Origin: an uncultured Pseudomonadota bacterium | GTDB lineage: Bacteria; Oederibacteriota; Muellerivitia; Muellerivitales; Muellerivitaceae | Direction of reading: 5' to 3' | Length of the DNA stretch: 64,000 nucleotides | Assembly: GCA_963836235.1 (NCBI GenBank) | Contig: CAWIIP010000004.1 | Coordinates: 800,001 to 864,000, forward strand | In this document: one piece after another, positions 37,618-48,568 of the stretch | How the letters are laid out: each line of letters opens with the position of its first letter | Position numbering within the stretch: position 1 is the first letter of the stretch | Notes under the pieces: generated by a model | What the model was told of the DNA's origin: nothing | The model's database searches: none | What the model saw: only the letters and a program-made list of their open reading frames with translations | Position numbers and translations under genes: made by a program

Positions 37618-40600
37618 ATGAAAACGATATCTGAATTTTTATCCACCCTTCGAAAGTCAAAAACTAGTCTTTTGGGTTTTGTAATTTTGATTTTTTCAAA
37701 CACTGTTCTCTTTGGGGCTCAACCTTATAGTTACAGCAATTATTTGGCAATTCCAACAGCAATGAATACACCCCAGTGGTGTCCCAGTGATGCCCCGATT
37801 ACCTATGAAATGAATCAGCCTACTAATTATGCCGTGCCAACAAGTGATACTGCTTGCGGTTATCCACCCAATACGTACGATCCAAACTATTATGCGGCTA
37901 TTGACAGTGATTCTTTCGGCGATACGGGGGCTTCGGGTGGGAATGGTGCGGGGGGTGGAGGCTTTCCTTGCGGGGCTTGTGCGGCTTTGTACAACAGCGC
38001 CACTTCTAAATCGGTAACCGTGATGATTGTCGATGAATGCCCCCAAGGTGGTAACAATGCGAACAATTGTTGGGTTGGGTCCTATCATTTGGATATATCT
38101 CTTGCTGCCTATAATGGGTTATTGAATGGTGGTTCATTTCCTTCGAACAGCGGAACAAATACATTGAGTGGGTCGACTGTGACGTGGCGTTTTGTTCAGT
38201 GTCCTTTGACGGGAAGCGCGGGCGTTACTTTTAACAACTCGACTGGAAAGATTGCTTATGAATGGGCCAATGGATCAAAATCCACATATAGCCCACTTAT
38301 GTTTCTCGATAATATATTCCCCATCAAATCAGTAACGGTTAATGGAACTTCTGTATCTCGGGATTCTGCGAACCAAGTTCCTAATTTTTGGGGAGGGACA
38401 AGTGGTTACTCAGGGACTTTGACTTGTGTGTTGACGAGTTATGAAACCAGTGTTGGTACTACCACTTTTACCGTGAACGGAAGTAGTTATAGTCCCATTG
38501 AAGCGGCCCCGCCGGGAACCACTACGGGCCAATTTAGCACTTGTGTAGTTGGACCCACGCCGACGCCGACTGCGACACCGATACCAGGGACTCCAACCAG
38601 CACTCCAACCAAAACTGCCACGTCTACGCCAACAGGTACGCCGACACCAATCTCCGGTTGTGAAACACTTTATTACAATGGAACGTCCCCAACAAACCTG
38701 GCTTCTGGAGTGATTCCTTACCAGGGTAATGCGACTTTGACCGAAACGGCGGCTGCGGCCTATACCGGTGACACTAACGGCATGAACATTGCCTTGGCGG
38801 CACCTGCGGCCTCTTACGGTGAGGTTGAATGGAATTGGGCGAATTACGGTACGGCCAAAGAAGTCAATTTGGCAAATGTTTCTACTTTGCAATTTGAAAT
38901 TGACAATACAACCGCGTCCACTGCTCCTATGACTATAGAAGTTTTCTTGTCAGACATAGCTGGAGCTGGAAGTACGGGACAAACACAATCGAAGCCGGTG
39001 ACAATAATTCTTGCGTCCACTGGCTGGCAGACAATTGATTTACCCGTCTCTGATTTTTCCACTGGCGGCTCAAGTTACGTTACGACAACGATTGGGGAGA
39101 TTGATTTTGAATGGATTTCCTCGACGACAGCAATAACAGCGACAATCTATGTTGATAATATTGGGTTCTATGGAACCTGTCCGACTAGTACGGCTACTCC
39201 TACCAAGACGGCTACAAGCACCGCTTCCGGGACACCTACTTCTACTCGAACCTCAACGACGACAAATACCATTACGAACACGCTCACAGCGACAGCAAGT
39301 TCGACCCCAACGGCCACCAGGACAAACACGCTTCCCAGTACTCCGACTTCCACTCCTACGAACACCGCGACATCAACGCCCACGGCCACGAAAACCAATA
39401 GCCCCACCAATACCACTACTGCCACAACCAGCGCTACTTATACCAACACGATTGCCAGCACGCCCACGTCAACAACCACAAGTACGGCCACATTGACTTT
39501 AACTCATACTTTGACTTCGACCCCTACATATACTTTAACCAGCACTCCTACCGCCAGCCGGACCAATACGACGACAGCCACTGCCAGTGGAACTGATACG
39601 AATACACCCGCCAATACTCTTACCGCGACGCCTACTTCGACAGCCACCCTGACAAAGACAAGTACACCTACCAACAGCGTTACTTCTACAACCACCTTAA
39701 CTCCGACATCGACCATTACTCTTACGAGAACGAGTACGACTACCAATACCACAACGAATACGGCGACGAACACAGCCTCGCCTACGATTACCTCCACCCC
39801 TACGGATACGAATGTGATAACTCCCACCTATACTGGGACACCGACTAACACGCCTTCTTCAACTAAAACATCCACCCCAACAAGCACTGCTTCAAATAGT
39901 CCGACGTTAACTCCGACGAATACGGTAGGCAACACTTCCACGGCAACTGTCACTTCGACGGCTACGCTCACCAAAACTAGCACATCCACCAATAGTGCCA
40001 CCTCTACGACTACCCTAACACCAACCTCGACCGTTACACTGACCAGGACTAATACCACTACTAGCACCCCGACGAATACGGTAACAAACACAGCAACGCC
40101 CACGATCACACTGACTCCGACAAATACGAATGTGATAACTCCGACCTATACTGGGACGCCGACTAACACGCCTTCTTCCACTAAAACTTCAACTCCGACA
40201 ACCACTTCTACGAATAGTCCAACCTTGACGCCGACCAACACGACCGCGAATACACCGACGGCGACAATCACATTCACTCCGACGAATACGAATGTTATTA
40301 CTCCAACCTATTCTAATACTCCCACCAATACTGCCACTTCAACAACGTCCTCCACACCCACCAAGACTTCCACAAATAGCCCCACTTTGACGACGACAAA
40401 TACAGTAGTGAATACATCCACTGGTACTCCAACGAGTACGGTTACGAACACAGGAACGCCTACGATTACATCCACGCCTACGAATACGAATGTTATTACT
40501 CCAACCTATTCCGATACCCCCACCAATACAGCCACTTTAACAACGTCCTCGACACCCACCAAGACTTCTACGAATAGCTCCACTTTGACCCCAACTAATA

Positions 40601-41589
40601 CAGTCGTTAATACGGCAACTCCTACCATCACATCAACGCCTACGGATACGAATATTATTACGCCTACTTTTAGCAGTACCCCCACTAATACGGTTACTTT
40701 GACAACAACTCTGACCCCGACATTCACGGCAACGCAAACACTCACTAATACTTTTGCTAATACGGCTACCCAAACAGCTACGACAACTCCGACTTCTACG
40801 GAAGTAACGGTACAGGCCACGCAAGGAACATCTCCCCCTTCCAATTCCTCACAATCGCCAGGAGCTTCTAATGTATTAGTTCAACAGATTCAGTTGACCA
40901 ACCCTGGCAACACAGTTGTTACGATGAGCGGGTTGACCCTTATGGAGTCGGGTGCTTCCCCCACGGGAATCACGTCGGTATCCCTTGTTCAGAATGGAAC
41001 GGTCATCTCCACAGCCAGCTTCAGCGGATCAAACGCGACATTTGTTTTCACCAATCCCATTCCCGCGAGTAATGGGGCAGTGACTTATCAGGTGGTAGCT
41101 AACTTCTCGAGTAGTGCCCCAGCCGGAAACTATCAGTTTAGTGTGATAAACGGGTCAGGAAACAATGGCCAGTCAGTTGGATTCACCGGATTACCGGTCA
41201 GTGGCGCCACTGTCACGATTGGCAATCCCACTCCTACGCCATCGTCAACACCCAATGCTTCAGACACAGCAACTCCGAGTTTTACGCCGACTCCCCTTGT
41301 GGTGACGGTCATTGGGTCGGCCTATCCCAATCCTGCCACGGGAACGGTTCCGGTTTCAGTGTCTGTTGAGGTTCCGGGGCCTTCCTCTGTTAGCTTGGAC
41401 GTGTTCACGACGGCCTTCCGCAAAGTCGTAAGTCAGCCGCCGATTCAGGTAACCGGTTCTTCGAACCTTCATTGGGATTTGAAAGACAACTGGGGTAATC
41501 CTGTGGCTGATGGCCTTTATTACGTGCGTATTCAAGTGAGTGGAATTCAACCAACGGTAAAAATCCTAAAAATCCTAGTTGTTCATTAA
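37618..41589 (+). CDS. Secreted expansin-like protein with CBM-like domain, long Thr/Pro repeat and C-terminal FlgD/T9SS-like domain
   Basis: TACG, YAAI, CGAC, V.V.IVDECP, HLDIS, W.FV.CP (DPBB/expansin); IYVDNI.F; several hundred aa of T/P/S repeats; YPNP..FTTAFRKV..WDLKD..G..VADGLYY. Confidence 0.75.
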   Translation: MKTISEFLSTLRKSKTSLLGFVILIFSNTVLFGAQPYSYSNYLAIPTAMNTPQWCPSDAPITYEMNQPTNYAVPTSDTACGYPPNTYDPNYYAAIDSDSFGDTGASGGNGAGGGGFPCGACAALYNSATSKSVTVMIVDECPQGGNNANNCWVGSYHLDISLAAYNGLLNGGSFPSNSGTNTLSGSTVTWRFVQCPLTGSAGVTFNNSTGKIAYEWANGSKSTYSPLMFLDNIFPIKSVTVNGTSVSRDSANQVPNFWGGTSGYSGTLTCVLTSYETSVGTTTFTVNGSSYSPIEAAPPGTTTGQFSTCVVGPTPTPTATPIPGTPTSTPTKTATSTPTGTPTPISGCETLYYNGTSPTNLASGVIPYQGNATLTETAAAAYTGDTNGMNIALAAPAASYGEVEWNWANYGTAKEVNLANVSTLQFEIDNTTASTAPMTIEVFLSDIAGAGSTGQTQSKPVTIILASTGWQTIDLPVSDFSTGGSSYVTTTIGEIDFEWISSTTAITATIYVDNIGFYGTCPTSTATPTKTATSTASGTPTSTRTSTTTNTITNTLTATASSTPTATRTNTLPSTPTSTPTNTATSTPTATKTNSPTNTTTATTSATYTNTIASTPTSTTTSTATLTLTHTLTSTPTYTLTSTPTASRTNTTTATASGTDTNTPANTLTATPTSTATLTKTSTPTNSVTSTTTLTPTSTITLTRTSTTTNTTTNTATNTASPTITSTPTDTNVITPTYTGTPTNTPSSTKTSTPTSTASNSPTLTPTNTVGNTSTATVTSTATLTKTSTSTNSATSTTTLTPTSTVTLTRTNTTTSTPTNTVTNTATPTITLTPTNTNVITPTYTGTPTNTPSSTKTSTPTTTSTNSPTLTPTNTTANTPTATITFTPTNTNVITPTYSNTPTNTATSTTSSTPTKTSTNSPTLTTTNTVVNTSTGTPTSTVTNTGTPTITSTPTNTNVITPTYSDTPTNTATLTTSSTPTKTSTNSSTLTPTNTVVNTATPTITSTPTDTNIITPTFSSTPTNTVTLTTTLTPTFTATQTLTNTFANTATQTATTTPTSTEVTVQATQGTSPPSNSSQSPGASNVLVQQIQLTNPGNTVVTMSGLTLMESGASPTGITSVSLVQNGTVISTASFSGSNATFVFTNPIPASNGAVTYQVVANFSSSAPAGNYQFSVINGSGNNGQSVGFTGLPVSGATVTIGNPTPTPSSTPNASDTATPSFTPTPLVVTVIGSAYPNPATGTVPVSVSVEVPGPSSVSLDVFTTAFRKVVSQPPIQVTGSSNLHWDLKDNWGNPVADGLYYVRIQVSGIQPTVKILKILVVH

Positions 41590-41838
41590 GATTTACCCGC
41601 TGAAAATTGAAAGTCTGTCGATTTTTTCAGAGTTACCAAGAGTCTGGCAATTTTGAATTTTATAATTGAGAAACTTTCCTAATTAAATTGGCCCACCGGA
41701 TCGTCGTATTATTTAAAATTTTGTAAGATTCTGAACTAATTTTCTCCCCATTCTTAAGTATCCAGAAGCGGATGTTTTTGTTTTCCGTGAAACTCAGATG
41801 TTTGACGACGATATAAAATCTTATGTACCGCTAAAAAG

Positions 41839-41852
41839 GGCATGGAAATTGC
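41839..41852 (+). promoter_or_regulatory. Sigma54 -24/-12 promoter candidate
   Basis: GGCATGGAAATTGC (GG-N10-GC). Confidence 0.6.
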
Positions 41853-41973
41853 AGTTTTTTACCCATAAAATGCGGCAATTCTTTTGGAGACGACATCGAA
41901 TTTTATAATCTGAAATTTAAAGGCAAACCAATTGATTTTTGAAACCCCTTTTATTCAAGCTAAACGGTTTAAT

Positions 41974-44900
41974 ATGCCTTTTGCGCGCATCGGCGGGGTT
42001 TTACCAATAATTCTCTTTGTTATCTTAGGATGTTACTTTTTTGTTCCCCGAAATGCTGAATCTCAAACTATCACTGGGCTAAATATAACTGCCTTGCCCG
42101 CGAATCCTGTTCCCAGCTCGGTAGTAACCCTTACAGTGAGTTATTGCACGACAGATGCTTATAATCCAACAGCTATTCTCGTGGCTGTTAACGACAATGG
42201 AGTGGCGGGGTTCCAAAGCTGCTCTGCCGCTACGGCGGGTCAAAATTTTTTGGTTTACAACACCGGAACCGGCACTGTGGCTGGAAACGTGGCCAACGGC
42301 AACGCCGCAGCGGTGACCAACGGTTCGGAGGATGGTTACCTGATCAATCCACTTCCCACACCAGTAGGTGGCGGCTGTACGCCTGTTACAGAGACTTATT
42401 ACTACACGGTGCCAGCTTCTAGTTATGGGATTACTTATAACTTTTCCGTTCTTGCGAACGATGATAATTTTTATTGCGGAGGTTCCGGGGTTACGGCCAC
42501 AACGGCGATTAGTGTTTCGTCCGGTGGTGGACGTGTAGGTTCGGCCACCAAAACGGTGAACGGTTCGATCGCCAATGGGGCCAGCGCGGCACCTGGCGAC
42601 TTGATCCTCTTCAGCATCAACTATGATTTTTATAATACCAATACAGTTAATGGCATCAGTGACGCGATACCACCGGGAACCACCCTGGTTTCCGAGGGGC
42701 CACCGGGATATGTCAGCAGTACGGCGGGGCCTGTAAGCTGGACGATTCCCGCATCGGCCTCCAATAAAACCGGGACGGTTTGGATGTTGGTATCAGTGAA
42801 CGCAGGTACGACCGGCACCATTAACAATACAGCCACTTTGACCGGAAGTTTTGGAACTACGACGACGAATACGGCACAGGCTACCGTCAACGGGGGCGGA
42901 TTCCAACTGGTTAAGAGCCAGTCCTCGGCGGTCTTGGCGCCAGGGCAGGATGAAACCTATACGTTGAGCTATAACATCAACGGGGAAAGCCTTCAGTATT
43001 ACGATTCTTATGACAATGATGGCGTGGGCACTTCAGGAGCTGGCATCAAGGACATGAGTAGCAACCCCTACACCCTGATACCGAGCAACGGGGACAGCGG
43101 GAGCATTACGATCGCCCAGGGCCCTGACGGGAACAACTATATTGCCACTACCGTTGCCTACAGCTCCTCGAGCGGGAATTACCCCGTTTTGCTTCGAAAC
43201 GGAGGTGTGAGCATGTGTAATGGCAGTACCTTCACCGTTGAAGGGGATCTGGAAATCCCGGCGGGTGCTCCGGGAGCAACGGGATCAAGCGCGGGGGGGG
43301 ATGCGACCATGGTGATTGCCTACCAGGTTGACGCTGGAGTCACCTATGCCCTGATGGGAATATTGTCCCTCGATACAGCCCCCGCCAATGGATACATTGG
43401 GGTACAGGTGGGTAACGCTGGCACCAACAGCTGGCCTTGTGGAAACGAAACCATGCCAGCTCCCGAAGCGGGGGTATGGTACACAATGGAAGCCACGGTC
43501 ACGGATGTTGGAAACACCCAGACGGTGACAATTCAGCTTTGGCAAAAAGGAAATATCGCGGCTGGGGTTTGGACCACCAGTTGCACAACGTCATTGCCTT
43601 GCGCTGGTGGGCTTTGGCAACAAGGCTGGCAGGTGGACGCCACGGCGGGCCAGGATAATTACGGCAACTTGATGCTTTTTACCGACGATGCGGTGGTGGA
43701 TACCAAATTAACGGATGCCGTACCAACGGGGATGACTTTTGTGGGTTGTAGCACTGCCAATGCCGGAGTGGCGGGTATTGCCTGCCCTGGCTCAGGTCCG
43801 AACTTGACTTGGAATTTCCCAGCGACGGTTTACAACCTGTCGGGGGCCATTACCTGGTGGGGTTCGGTGAGTTGCGGGGCGGCGGCTTCGGTGACTTACA
43901 TCAATTCGGCGGCCATTACGGCTAATGGGGACGCCGCGGTTACGTCCAACGCGGTGACAGCCGTGTTAAAATGCAGCACGCCAACGCCAACGCCCACGAA
44001 TACCATCACCAATACCCCAACCAATACTCCCACACCAACCATTACCAATACCTTTACCAATACCCCCACAAAAACCCCCACATTTACTCCAACCAATACT
44101 CCCACCATTACTCCTACTTATACTCCAACCCTTACTCCAACCAATACCCCAACTAAAACACCAACCAATAGCCCCACCAATACCCCAACCTTGACGCCTA
44201 CTTTTACGCCCACAAATACCCCGACGAAGACAAACACCGCTACGCCGACCAATAGTCCAACCAATACACTGACGCCTACCCCCAGTAACACTTATACCAA
44301 CACCCCCACGAAGACGAATACGGCCACGCCGACCAATACACCTACCAATACCTCAACCCCCACTCCCAGTAATACCTTCACTTATACCCCGACGAAAACC
44401 GTGACCAACACCGCGACCAATACGCCGACTCCCACGAACACGCTCACTCCGACCAACAGCCCTACCTTTACTCCAACTTTTACACCCACCAACACTCCGA
44501 TTAATACTTATACCCCAACCAATACACCTACCCTTACTCCGACCCGAACCCCCACTAACACTCCAACTCTCACGGACACGCTTACTCCAACCAACAGCCC
44601 TACCTATACTCCGACGCTTACTCCAAGCAATACCCTCACCAATACGCCGACGAAGACCCCGACTTTTTCCCCCACGAATACGCCAACCAATACCGCTACT
44701 CCAACGATTACGCCCACTCCCACTAATACGGATGTAATCACACCTACAGCCACTTATACACCTACGAATACGACTACTCCGACACCAACCTTCACGCCGA
44801 CAAATACGGCCACTAATACCGCCACACTGACTCCTACGAACACGCCTATTAATACCTTCACCCCAACCAATACTCCAACCGATACCCCGACCGCTACCCC

Positions 44901-46566
44901 TACTAACACACCTATTAATACCTTTACGCCAACCAACACTCCTACCGATACCCCGACGGCGACTCAAACTAATACATTAACTAACACAGCGACCGAGACT
45001 CCCACCAATACACCCATTAATACCTTTACGCCTACCGATACGCCCACGAATACCAACTCATTTACCCCTACCAACACCCCGACTAACACGGCGACGGCAA
45101 CCCCAACGAGCAGCCCGACGAACACCGTCACAAATACCGCCACCTTTACCGCCACTTCGACACCCACGAATACGGCTACGAATACGGCGACCAATAGCCC
45201 GACGAATACCGCGACCGTTACTCCCACCACGACACCGACCAACACGCCACTACCCGCGGCGGTGAGTATCACCAAACAGGCTTCCGAATCGAGCGCAAAG
45301 TCGGGGGATGTCATCACTTATACGCTTTCTATCCAGGTGACGGGTAACAACGTGAATAATGTCGCGGTTACCGATGTGCTGCCACCCAACGAGACCTTCC
45401 AATCGTTCCTTTCCAGCCCGGCGGGAACAACCGCCGGCTCGACCGTGATCACGGGTTCCAGCGGACCCGCCACCCAATTGACGTGGGATCTTCCGAACAG
45501 CCTGACGGTGGGAAGCTATCAAATAAGCTATACGGCCCAGGTGAATAATTTCCTCAAGGGTGGGACGACACTGAACAATTGCGCCCAATTGAGCTATACG
45601 GGCGGAGCGCCCGTATCCAGCTGCGTGAGCATTCCGGTTTCAGGCCAGTTCACCGTAAAGATCGGGGTTTACAACGAGGCCGGTGAAATCGTGATGGAAT
45701 TCCCGGTGGCCCAGTACTCCCAGCCGATTTTGAACGTGACTTTGCAGGCCAGCAATGTGATTACGACTCTCACCGGACCCGGAAGCACGATTAATATTTA
45801 CTACGAGGGCTATTTGCTGGGGACTTGGAATGGAACGACCAGCAGCGGGACCTTGGCGACGAACGGGAGCTATTACATCAAGATCGACAACATCGACGCC
45901 AATGGAGTGGACGAGTCGACGACAGTGCCGGCGGTGGTCAGCCGGTCGCTTTATACGACGACAGTACTGATTTATAACGAGGCGGGGGAGGTCGTGCGCC
46001 ACCTTTACGCTTACACGGACAACCCGGGCGGATCGATTGTGACGAGCGCGCAATTATCCACGAACGTGATCGAGCCCAGCAATGGCGTGCCGGGAGCGGG
46101 GACGCCGTCACAGGTAACGATCATCTTGAGCAATGGAACAACGGTGGTATGGGACGGGAAGAGCGACACCGGAACCGTTGTCCAAAACGGCCAGTATTTC
46201 GTGGAGATCAGCTCGGTGGACGGACATGGCGGGGATACGGTTATTGAGCAGCGGATATCGGTCATCGATGGAAACGCGAACAATGGGATGGGGTCGGTAT
46301 TGGCGAAGCCGAATGTATTGGACAGCGCGAACAGCTTTTCCACCGTCTTCGAGGACACGACGAGCGAAAACCTCACGCTATCGGTACGCATTTACACGAT
46401 CGCGGGAGAATTGGTGACGGTGGTGAACGGAGCGGCGGGGACCAACATCGCGCCCTGGAACGCTACCGGGTTGGCCAGCGGCCTCTACATCGCGGTCGTC
46501 GAATCCTTAAATTCAACCGGCGGGATTGCCGATCAAAAAGTGTTAAAGCTTATCGTCGTTCACTAA
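41974..46566 (+). CDS. Secreted DUF11-repeat, PT-rich surface protein with FlgD-Ig-like C-terminal domains
   Basis: K......GD.I.Y/F and TD.LP/DAIP.G DUF11 motifs; TPT repeats; YNEAGE.V, WDGKSD.G..V.NG.Y, ASGLYI. Confidence 0.75.
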   Translation: MPFARIGGVLPIILFVILGCYFFVPRNAESQTITGLNITALPANPVPSSVVTLTVSYCTTDAYNPTAILVAVNDNGVAGFQSCSAATAGQNFLVYNTGTGTVAGNVANGNAAAVTNGSEDGYLINPLPTPVGGGCTPVTETYYYTVPASSYGITYNFSVLANDDNFYCGGSGVTATTAISVSSGGGRVGSATKTVNGSIANGASAAPGDLILFSINYDFYNTNTVNGISDAIPPGTTLVSEGPPGYVSSTAGPVSWTIPASASNKTGTVWMLVSVNAGTTGTINNTATLTGSFGTTTTNTAQATVNGGGFQLVKSQSSAVLAPGQDETYTLSYNINGESLQYYDSYDNDGVGTSGAGIKDMSSNPYTLIPSNGDSGSITIAQGPDGNNYIATTVAYSSSSGNYPVLLRNGGVSMCNGSTFTVEGDLEIPAGAPGATGSSAGGDATMVIAYQVDAGVTYALMGILSLDTAPANGYIGVQVGNAGTNSWPCGNETMPAPEAGVWYTMEATVTDVGNTQTVTIQLWQKGNIAAGVWTTSCTTSLPCAGGLWQQGWQVDATAGQDNYGNLMLFTDDAVVDTKLTDAVPTGMTFVGCSTANAGVAGIACPGSGPNLTWNFPATVYNLSGAITWWGSVSCGAAASVTYINSAAITANGDAAVTSNAVTAVLKCSTPTPTPTNTITNTPTNTPTPTITNTFTNTPTKTPTFTPTNTPTITPTYTPTLTPTNTPTKTPTNSPTNTPTLTPTFTPTNTPTKTNTATPTNSPTNTLTPTPSNTYTNTPTKTNTATPTNTPTNTSTPTPSNTFTYTPTKTVTNTATNTPTPTNTLTPTNSPTFTPTFTPTNTPINTYTPTNTPTLTPTRTPTNTPTLTDTLTPTNSPTYTPTLTPSNTLTNTPTKTPTFSPTNTPTNTATPTITPTPTNTDVITPTATYTPTNTTTPTPTFTPTNTATNTATLTPTNTPINTFTPTNTPTDTPTATPTNTPINTFTPTNTPTDTPTATQTNTLTNTATETPTNTPINTFTPTDTPTNTNSFTPTNTPTNTATATPTSSPTNTVTNTATFTATSTPTNTATNTATNSPTNTATVTPTTTPTNTPLPAAVSITKQASESSAKSGDVITYTLSIQVTGNNVNNVAVTDVLPPNETFQSFLSSPAGTTAGSTVITGSSGPATQLTWDLPNSLTVGSYQISYTAQVNNFLKGGTTLNNCAQLSYTGGAPVSSCVSIPVSGQFTVKIGVYNEAGEIVMEFPVAQYSQPILNVTLQASNVITTLTGPGSTINIYYEGYLLGTWNGTTSSGTLATNGSYYIKIDNIDANGVDESTTVPAVVSRSLYTTTVLIYNEAGEVVRHLYAYTDNPGGSIVTSAQLSTNVIEPSNGVPGAGTPSQVTIILSNGTTVVWDGKSDTGTVVQNGQYFVEISSVDGHGGDTVIEQRISVIDGNANNGMGSVLAKPNVLDSANSFSTVFEDTTSENLTLSVRIYTIAGELVTVVNGAAGTNIAPWNATGLASGLYIAVVESLNSTGGIADQKVLKLIVVH

Positions 46567-46739
46567 GGCGGAAAATCCTAAAGCCTTCGTTCACGCGTTT
46601 TTCCTTTTAAACCAACTTTATCTTAGTCAAATGATGGAATATTTCCTTTTTGTCCGTCACCCTCCAGGCGGTATGATGAATATGGTTTCCGGTTTAACTG
46701 AAGGGGAGCTCCATTTCTTATCCAAACCAGGAGGTTTTG

Positions 46740-47210
46740 ATGACCATCCAAAAAAACGCGAAAGTTTCCAATTTCTTGAAAGAGGTCGATCTTTTCGAGG
46801 GAATGGACAATAAAGTCCACAACCAAATTTTTAAACTGGGATTGGTTCAAAACTTTCGCAAAGGGGATGTCATCATCCGCGAGGGCCAGCCGGGCGGGAA
46901 CCTTCATATTCTCATCAACGGCAAAGCGGAAGTGGTGAAGGCGGTTAAGGGAAAAGCCAAAGGGAAATTATTGGCCCGGCTTCAAAAGGGCTCGGTCTTT
47001 GGTGAAATGAGCGTATTTGACGGGGCGCCCTATTCGGCTTCCGTGCGAGCCCTGGAGGATTGCGACCTCTATATCATCCGCGGCTCTGATTTCGAGGATT
47101 TCCTCCAGCAAACCCCCCAAGCGGCTTATGGCATTTTCCGCACGCTCATTTGTTCCATCTCCAATCGTTTGCGCCGCACCAATCTGGCCCTCTCGGCCAT
47201 GGCCAAGTAA
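46740..47210 (+). CDS. Stand-alone cNMP-binding domain protein
   Basis: G.VIIREG, G.VFGEMS.FDG.P.SASV.A; no HTH; GGAGG RBS. Confidence 0.85.
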   Translation: MTIQKNAKVSNFLKEVDLFEGMDNKVHNQIFKLGLVQNFRKGDVIIREGQPGGNLHILINGKAEVVKAVKGKAKGKLLARLQKGSVFGEMSVFDGAPYSASVRALEDCDLYIIRGSDFEDFLQQTPQAAYGIFRTLICSISNRLRRTNLALSAMAK

Positions 47211-47214
47211 CCCT

Positions 47215-47733
47215 ATGGACATGGTTAAAAGCAATATCGGGGATTTGACCATCCGCAAGGCCGACGTCCAGGATAAACCCACCGTTATCCACATTAAACA
47301 AGAAGCCGCCCGTTGGTTGGAGAATAAGGGCATTCACCAGTGGGCCGGGATCCTTATGGCACCGGGTGAGGATATGGTCCACAAGCGTTTTCCCGAGGGT
47401 GAGTTTTATCTGGCCTATAAAGGCGAGGAACCGATTGGAACGGTCACCCTTCTTTGGGAAGACACGGTGAGTTGGGGCGAGAAGGGAAAGGATGGGAAGG
47501 CCGGGTACATCCATGGTATCGCTGTTTTGCGCCAATACGCGGGTAAGGCCGTGGGCAAGGTTCTCTTGGATTGGGCCATGGGGAAGATTAGGCAAAAAGG
47601 GAAGATCGTGCGATTGGACTGCATGGCCGAAAACCCGCGCATCAATCAGTACTACATCGACCTTGATTTTACTTCCGTAGGAACGGCGACCCTCCCCAGC
47701 GGGTTCAAGATTAGCTTGTACGAAAAAAGTTGA
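47215..47733 (+). CDS. GNAT family N-acetyltransferase
   Basis: WL..KGI.QW, YIHGIAV.RQYAGKAVGK.LL, VRLDC...N...YY. Confidence 0.88.
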   Translation: MDMVKSNIGDLTIRKADVQDKPTVIHIKQEAARWLENKGIHQWAGILMAPGEDMVHKRFPEGEFYLAYKGEEPIGTVTLLWEDTVSWGEKGKDGKAGYIHGIAVLRQYAGKAVGKVLLDWAMGKIRQKGKIVRLDCMAENPRINQYYIDLDFTSVGTATLPSGFKISLYEKS

Positions 47734-47966
47734 TCTAAATAAAAAAGCCCCGAAGGTTTTCGCCTCGGAGGCTTTTGGGTTTCGAAAAGACTTTGTGGAC
47801 GGGTTGTTGAAAAATCTCCTGAAGGATCCTTTTTCTTATCTTTGTCGCGAACCAACCCTTCGGGTTTACCGGTCCGCTCCTAACCCCTGGCCGTCGATAA
47901 AGGTCTAGTCTAAATAAAAAAGCCCCGAAGGTTTTCACCTTCGAGGCTTTTGGGTTTCGAAAAGAC
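47734..47966. repeat. Duplicated 58-bp bidirectional terminator (47734-47791 and 47909-47966)
   Basis: 55/58 identical; AAAAAAGCC..GAAGG/CCT..GAGGCTTTT hairpin. Confidence 0.85.
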
Positions 47967-47971
47967 CTTTA

Positions 47972-48172
47972 TTAGATCTTGACGACGTTTTCGGCCTTGA
48001 GGCCTTTTTCCCCGCGGGTGACCTCGAATTCAACGCGGTCCCCCTCGTTCAGCGATTTGTATCCCTCGCCTTGAATTGACGAATGGTGCACGAATACATC
48101 CTCACCACCATCTTGGGAGATAAAACCAAAACCCTTCTCGTTCTTAAACCACTTCACAGTTCCTTGAGCCAT
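47972..48172 (-). CDS. Cold-shock protein (second paralog)
   Basis: [21 protein letters not shown]; AGAGG RBS. Confidence 0.96.
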   Translation of the reverse strand: MAQGTVKWFKNEKGFGFISQDGGEDVFVHHSSIQGEGYKSLNEGDRVEFEVTRGEKGLKAENVVKI

Positions 48173-48568
48173 TTGCGTAAAACCTCTACTTTTTTCTAAA
48201 AATTTAACTACTTCTTCCAAGCTGTTTTAGCCCCGAAAGATGCTTATATCTTACATGGAAAGGCAAAAATAGGTAGAAAATCGGATTTAAATTAAAGAAA
48301 GTTCCCAATTGGTTTAATGGGCTAAAGCGCCTTTATTGGGGGAAGTTAGCGTCTTCGGAGAATCATTTCCCCACTTTGCGCTAAGAGCACAAGGTTGTTC
48401 TCATCTTGCTTTGAAAGGGTGAAAAACATGAAAAAGAGAGGGTAAGCCTTTTGGAGCTGTGCTCGGCCTTTTTGTAAGCTTTAAAAGAAGGTTCATTCAG
48501 GCGTATTTTGCGGGAAAATGTGTTTTAAAATGGGGTTAAAAATTATAATCGGATTCAAGGGTGGCCGA

